64,000 bases of DNA from Octopus sinensis (lineage: Eukaryota): contig NC_043024.1 in assembly GCF_006345805.1 (NCBI RefSeq), positions 19,778,001 through 19,842,000 on the forward strand, given 5' to 3'. A model generated the notes under the pieces. The model had not been told where the DNA came from. It was given only the letters and a program-made list of their open reading frames with translations, and searched no databases. Shown here one piece after another: positions 60,446 through 64,000 of the stretch; positions within the stretch are counted from its first letter, which is position 1; every line of letters begins with the position of its first letter. Both the position numbers and the translations under genes were made by a program.

Positions 60446-63400
60446 GGCAAGGAAACACAGGTACAAGATTTTCTGGGCAGGGAACACTGACGGAGTCGGG
60501 GGCGTGGGTATACTTCTTGCGGAGGAATGGGTAGGTAAGGTAATCGAGGTGGTCAGAGTAAGTGACAGAGTAATTAAAATTAGATTAGTTCTTCACCATA
60601 GGACAGCTAGCTACCATCATCTCGGCATATGCCCCTCAACCAGGGCTACCGGAAGGACCAAAAAGACCAATTCTATGAACCCTATTGCGGACTACCTCAT
60701 TGACAAATGACAGTGACCTTCTCTTCGTGGCAGGTGATTTCAATGGACATGTTGGACGACATGTCGGGGGCTTCCATGGCGTTCATGGAGGGTTCCATGG
60801 CGTCCATGGAGGCTACGGTTTTGGCTCTCGAAATGAGGAAGGAACCAGGCTGCTGGAGTTCTGCGATGCAAATGACCTTATGGTCTGCAATACCCACTTC
60901 AGGAAACCCACCTCTCACCTAGTCACCTACCGTTCTGGCAGACACACCAGCCAGATTGACTACATCCTTGCCAGAAAAAGGGAAAGAGGGCTGAGGGCTG
61001 ATTATAAATGCCAAAACCTTCCCAGGCGAAGAATGTACTCCCCAACATAGATTAGTAGTTAGCGACTTCAGGATCAGAGCTAAATGGTTGCCCAGAAGAA
61101 GACCAGCTTGGAGGAGAAGGGGTCTGGAAGCTTAAAGATCCTGCAAATGGACAGAGATTTAGAGACATACTACTCGAAGCCTCTGACGAAATAGAAGGGG
61201 ATATAGCTTCACTTAATGTGGAAGACCAACTGGAGATTCCTATGGGACAATCTGCTGACAGCCACGACCAGATCTGTGGATGGAGCAAAGTACCATCTCG
61301 ACCCAGAGTAACATGGTGGGGAACACTGTGGTTGACAGGGCTATTAGACAAAGAGACAGGCTTGGAAGGACTGGAAGAAACGGTGGTAGCAGGGAATTGT
61401 ATCAGACAGCCAAAAGGGAAGCTAGGAGACAGGTTTATTTAGCCAGAGGGGAAGCGGGATAAGAAAAAATTTGCCAATGTTCTGAGCCGTGGAGGAATGA
61501 AAGACTTGAGGTATTTCGTGTTGCAAGACAGTGTGTGAGAGAGATCGTGTGATGTGGTAGGAGAGAAGTGTGTTCGCATGGATGATGGTTCACTTGCGCT
61601 AAATGAGGTTGCAAAAAGAGAGAGGTTTGGAGATGCCACTATGAGGGTGCTGAATAAAGAAAATGAATGGGATATAAAGAGAGTCTGCCGAATGTTGACC
61701 CAACAGAGGGACCAGCTATCCGAGTTGATAGTTCCGTGGTAGCTAAGGCAATTAGAAGCATGAAGACAGGAAAGCCCCAGGCCAATCAGGAATTACTGCA
61801 GAGATGCTCAAATATCTGGCGTGTCGGCTATAACCTAGTCACCCGTATAGTCAACCAGGTGAACACGAAGGAGTCATACCCAATGACTGGTGTAGCAGCA
61901 TACTAGTCAACTGCTACAAAGGTAAAGGTGATGCCCTGGATACAATAATTACAGAGGTATCAAGCTGTTGGATCATGTAATGAAGGTTACGGAGAGGGTC
62001 ATAGCCCAACTAATTAGAGAGAGAGTTAGTTTAGATGAGATGCAGTTGGGTTTGTCCCAGGGAAAAGCACCACTGATGCTATATTCCTGGTAGGCAGCTG
62101 CAGGAGAAATACCTAGCCAAAGATAAGCCCCTGTACCTGGCTTTCGTTGACATGGAGAAAGCCTTTGATAGGGTCCCCCGATCCCTCATCTGGTGGTCAA
62201 TGAGGAAACTAGGGATAGATGAATGGCTGGTGAGGGCTGTGCAAGCCATGTACAGAGATGCCGTAAGTAAGGTTAGAGTTGGCAGCATGTACACAGAAGA
62301 ATTCAAGTAAGGTTGGGGTCCACCAGGGTTCAGTACTCAGCCCTCCTATTTATCATAGTCTCCAGGCAATTGTGGAGGAATTCAAGACAGGTTGCCCCTG
62401 GGAGCTCCTCTATGCTGACGACCTCGCTCTAATCGCTGAGTCAACTATCAGAACTGGAGGAGAAGTTCCAGGTGTGGAAGGAGGGTTTTAGAATCGAGGG
62501 GCCTTAGAGTCAACCTAGCTAAAAACCAAAGTACTAATAAGTAGAAAGTTAGAAAATCCACAAATATCCTCAGGAAGATGGCCCTGCTCGATCTGTAGAA
62601 AAGGTGTAGGTAGAAACTCTATAAGATGTACCCAGTGTAAGCTATGGACACATAAGAGGTGGCAGCAATGTCAAAGGTAGGCTAACTGGGAAGATAGTTT
62701 TGTATGTGGCAGATGCCTCTGGAGCATTGACCTCCGAAAATCTGCAGAAAACAACTTCCGTCACTTTCCGGGGGAAAAAACTAGAAGTAGTTGATAGCTT
62801 CCGCCTATCTAGGTGACCAAGTCAGTAGTGGGGGCGGGGTGCGCTGAAAGTGTAACTGCTAGAATAAGAATAGCCTGGGCAAAGTTAGGGAGCTCTTACC
62901 TCTGCTAGTAGTGACTAAAGGCCTCTCGCTCAGAGTAAAAGGCAGACTGTATGATGCATGTGTACGAACAGCTATGCTACATGGCAGTGTGAAACATGGG
63001 CGTGACTGCTGAGGACATGCGTAAGCTTGTGAGGAACGAAGCCAGTATGCTTCGATGGATGTGTAATGTCAGTGTACTTACTCGACAGAGCGTTAGTACT
63101 TGAGAGAAATGTTTTACCCTAAGAAGCATCAGTCGTTGTGTGCAAGAGAGACCATGCGCTGGTATGGTCATGTGGCGAGAATGGATGAAGATAGGTGTGT
63201 GAGAAAGTGCCAATCCCTAGCAGTTGAGGGAACCCGTGGAAGAGGTAGACCCAGGAAAACCTGGGACGAAGTGGTGAAGCACGACCTTCGGACGTTAGGT
63301 CTCACCATGGAAATGACTAGAGACGAGACCTATGGAAGTATGCTGCGTGTGAGAGAGAGACCCGGCAAGACAGTGAAGCCATAATCCGTGGCCCCTACCT

Positions 63401-64000
63401 GGGACGTAGTCAGTCCACCTGTGCACTTCCTTCTTGTGACACTGTTGAAGACCTGTTGAGGCAGTGAGAATCGAATCGAATCAAATCAAATCAAATCGAA
63501 CCAAATCAAAATAGATGACATCAATGGAATTTGTATCCTGTGGGTACCAGTGCCGGTGGCACATAAGAAAACCATCCGAACGTGATCGTAGCCAGTACCG
63601 CAATGACTGGCCTCCGTGCTGAGGGCACGTAACAAACACCATCCGAGCGTGGCGTCCCGCCAGCCCCGTCTGGCACCTGTGTCGGGTGACACATAAGAAA
63701 ACACCATCCGAGCATGGCCGTCAGCCAGCCTCGTCTGGCACCTGTGTCCGGTGGCACATAAAAAACACCATCCGAGCGTGGCCGTCTGCCAGCCTCGTCT
63801 GGCACCTGGTCGGTGGCACATAAAATCACCCACTACACTCTCGGAGTGTGGTTGGCGTTAGGAAGGGCATCCAGCTGTAGAAATACTGCCAGATCTGACT
63901 GGCCTGGTGCAGCCTTCGGGCTTGCCAGACCCCAGTTGAACCGTCCAACCCATGCTAGCATGGAAAGCGGACGTTAAACGATGATGATGATGATGATGAT
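60446..64000 (+). mobile_element. 5'-truncated RTE-clade LINE: APE endonuclease, RT (YADD), Cys-rich finger, C-terminus and 3' UTR with ~65-bp units and (GAT)n tail
   Basis: GVGILL..., VAGDFNGHVG, SQIDYIL, NYRGIKLL, DMEKAFDRVP, GVHQGSVLSP, LLYADDLAL and RWYGHVARM..GRGRPRKTW motifs spread over many frameshifted ORFs. Confidence 0.92.

Noticed and set aside
63540-63830. CRISPR-like regular repeats
   Set aside because: The whole ~65-bp units are repeated with no unique spacers, there are no cas genes, and they lie in a eukaryotic LINE 3' UTR.

Overview
Eukaryotic, AT-rich and microsatellite-rich genomic DNA, most consistent with an Octopus-like cephalopod (inferred from the repeat families; not checked against a database). 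The window is mostly intron of one + strand gene encoding tandem fibronectin type III (FN3) domains. Four phase-compatible GT-AG exons were found: 3453-3626, 4965-5035, 9464-9701 and 39006-39076. The introns are filled with transposable elements (TEs): three abundant SINE-like families, a Dong/R4-type LINE inside (TAA)n, CR1 and RTE LINE pieces, a long RTE copy at the right end, non-autonomous Helitrons (one 5-copy tandem array), MITEs, a Tc1 fragment and Penelope-like remnants. A 100-N gap lies at 52160-52259. The most notable signal is a set of hammerhead-ribozyme (HHR) motifs. Two copies of a ~0.5 kb non-coding retrozyme-like element carry direct terminal repeats; one has a clear target-site duplication (TSD) with the empty site preserved nearby, and the other has a perfect 75-bp inversion that sequesters the ribozyme. 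A Penelope GIY-YIG remnant is flanked by inverted ~300-bp arms, each with a minimal U3-A8 variant HHR. Repeat boundaries are approximate. Exon, TSD, hairpin and ribozyme coordinates were counted by hand. Family labels A/B/C are my working names.
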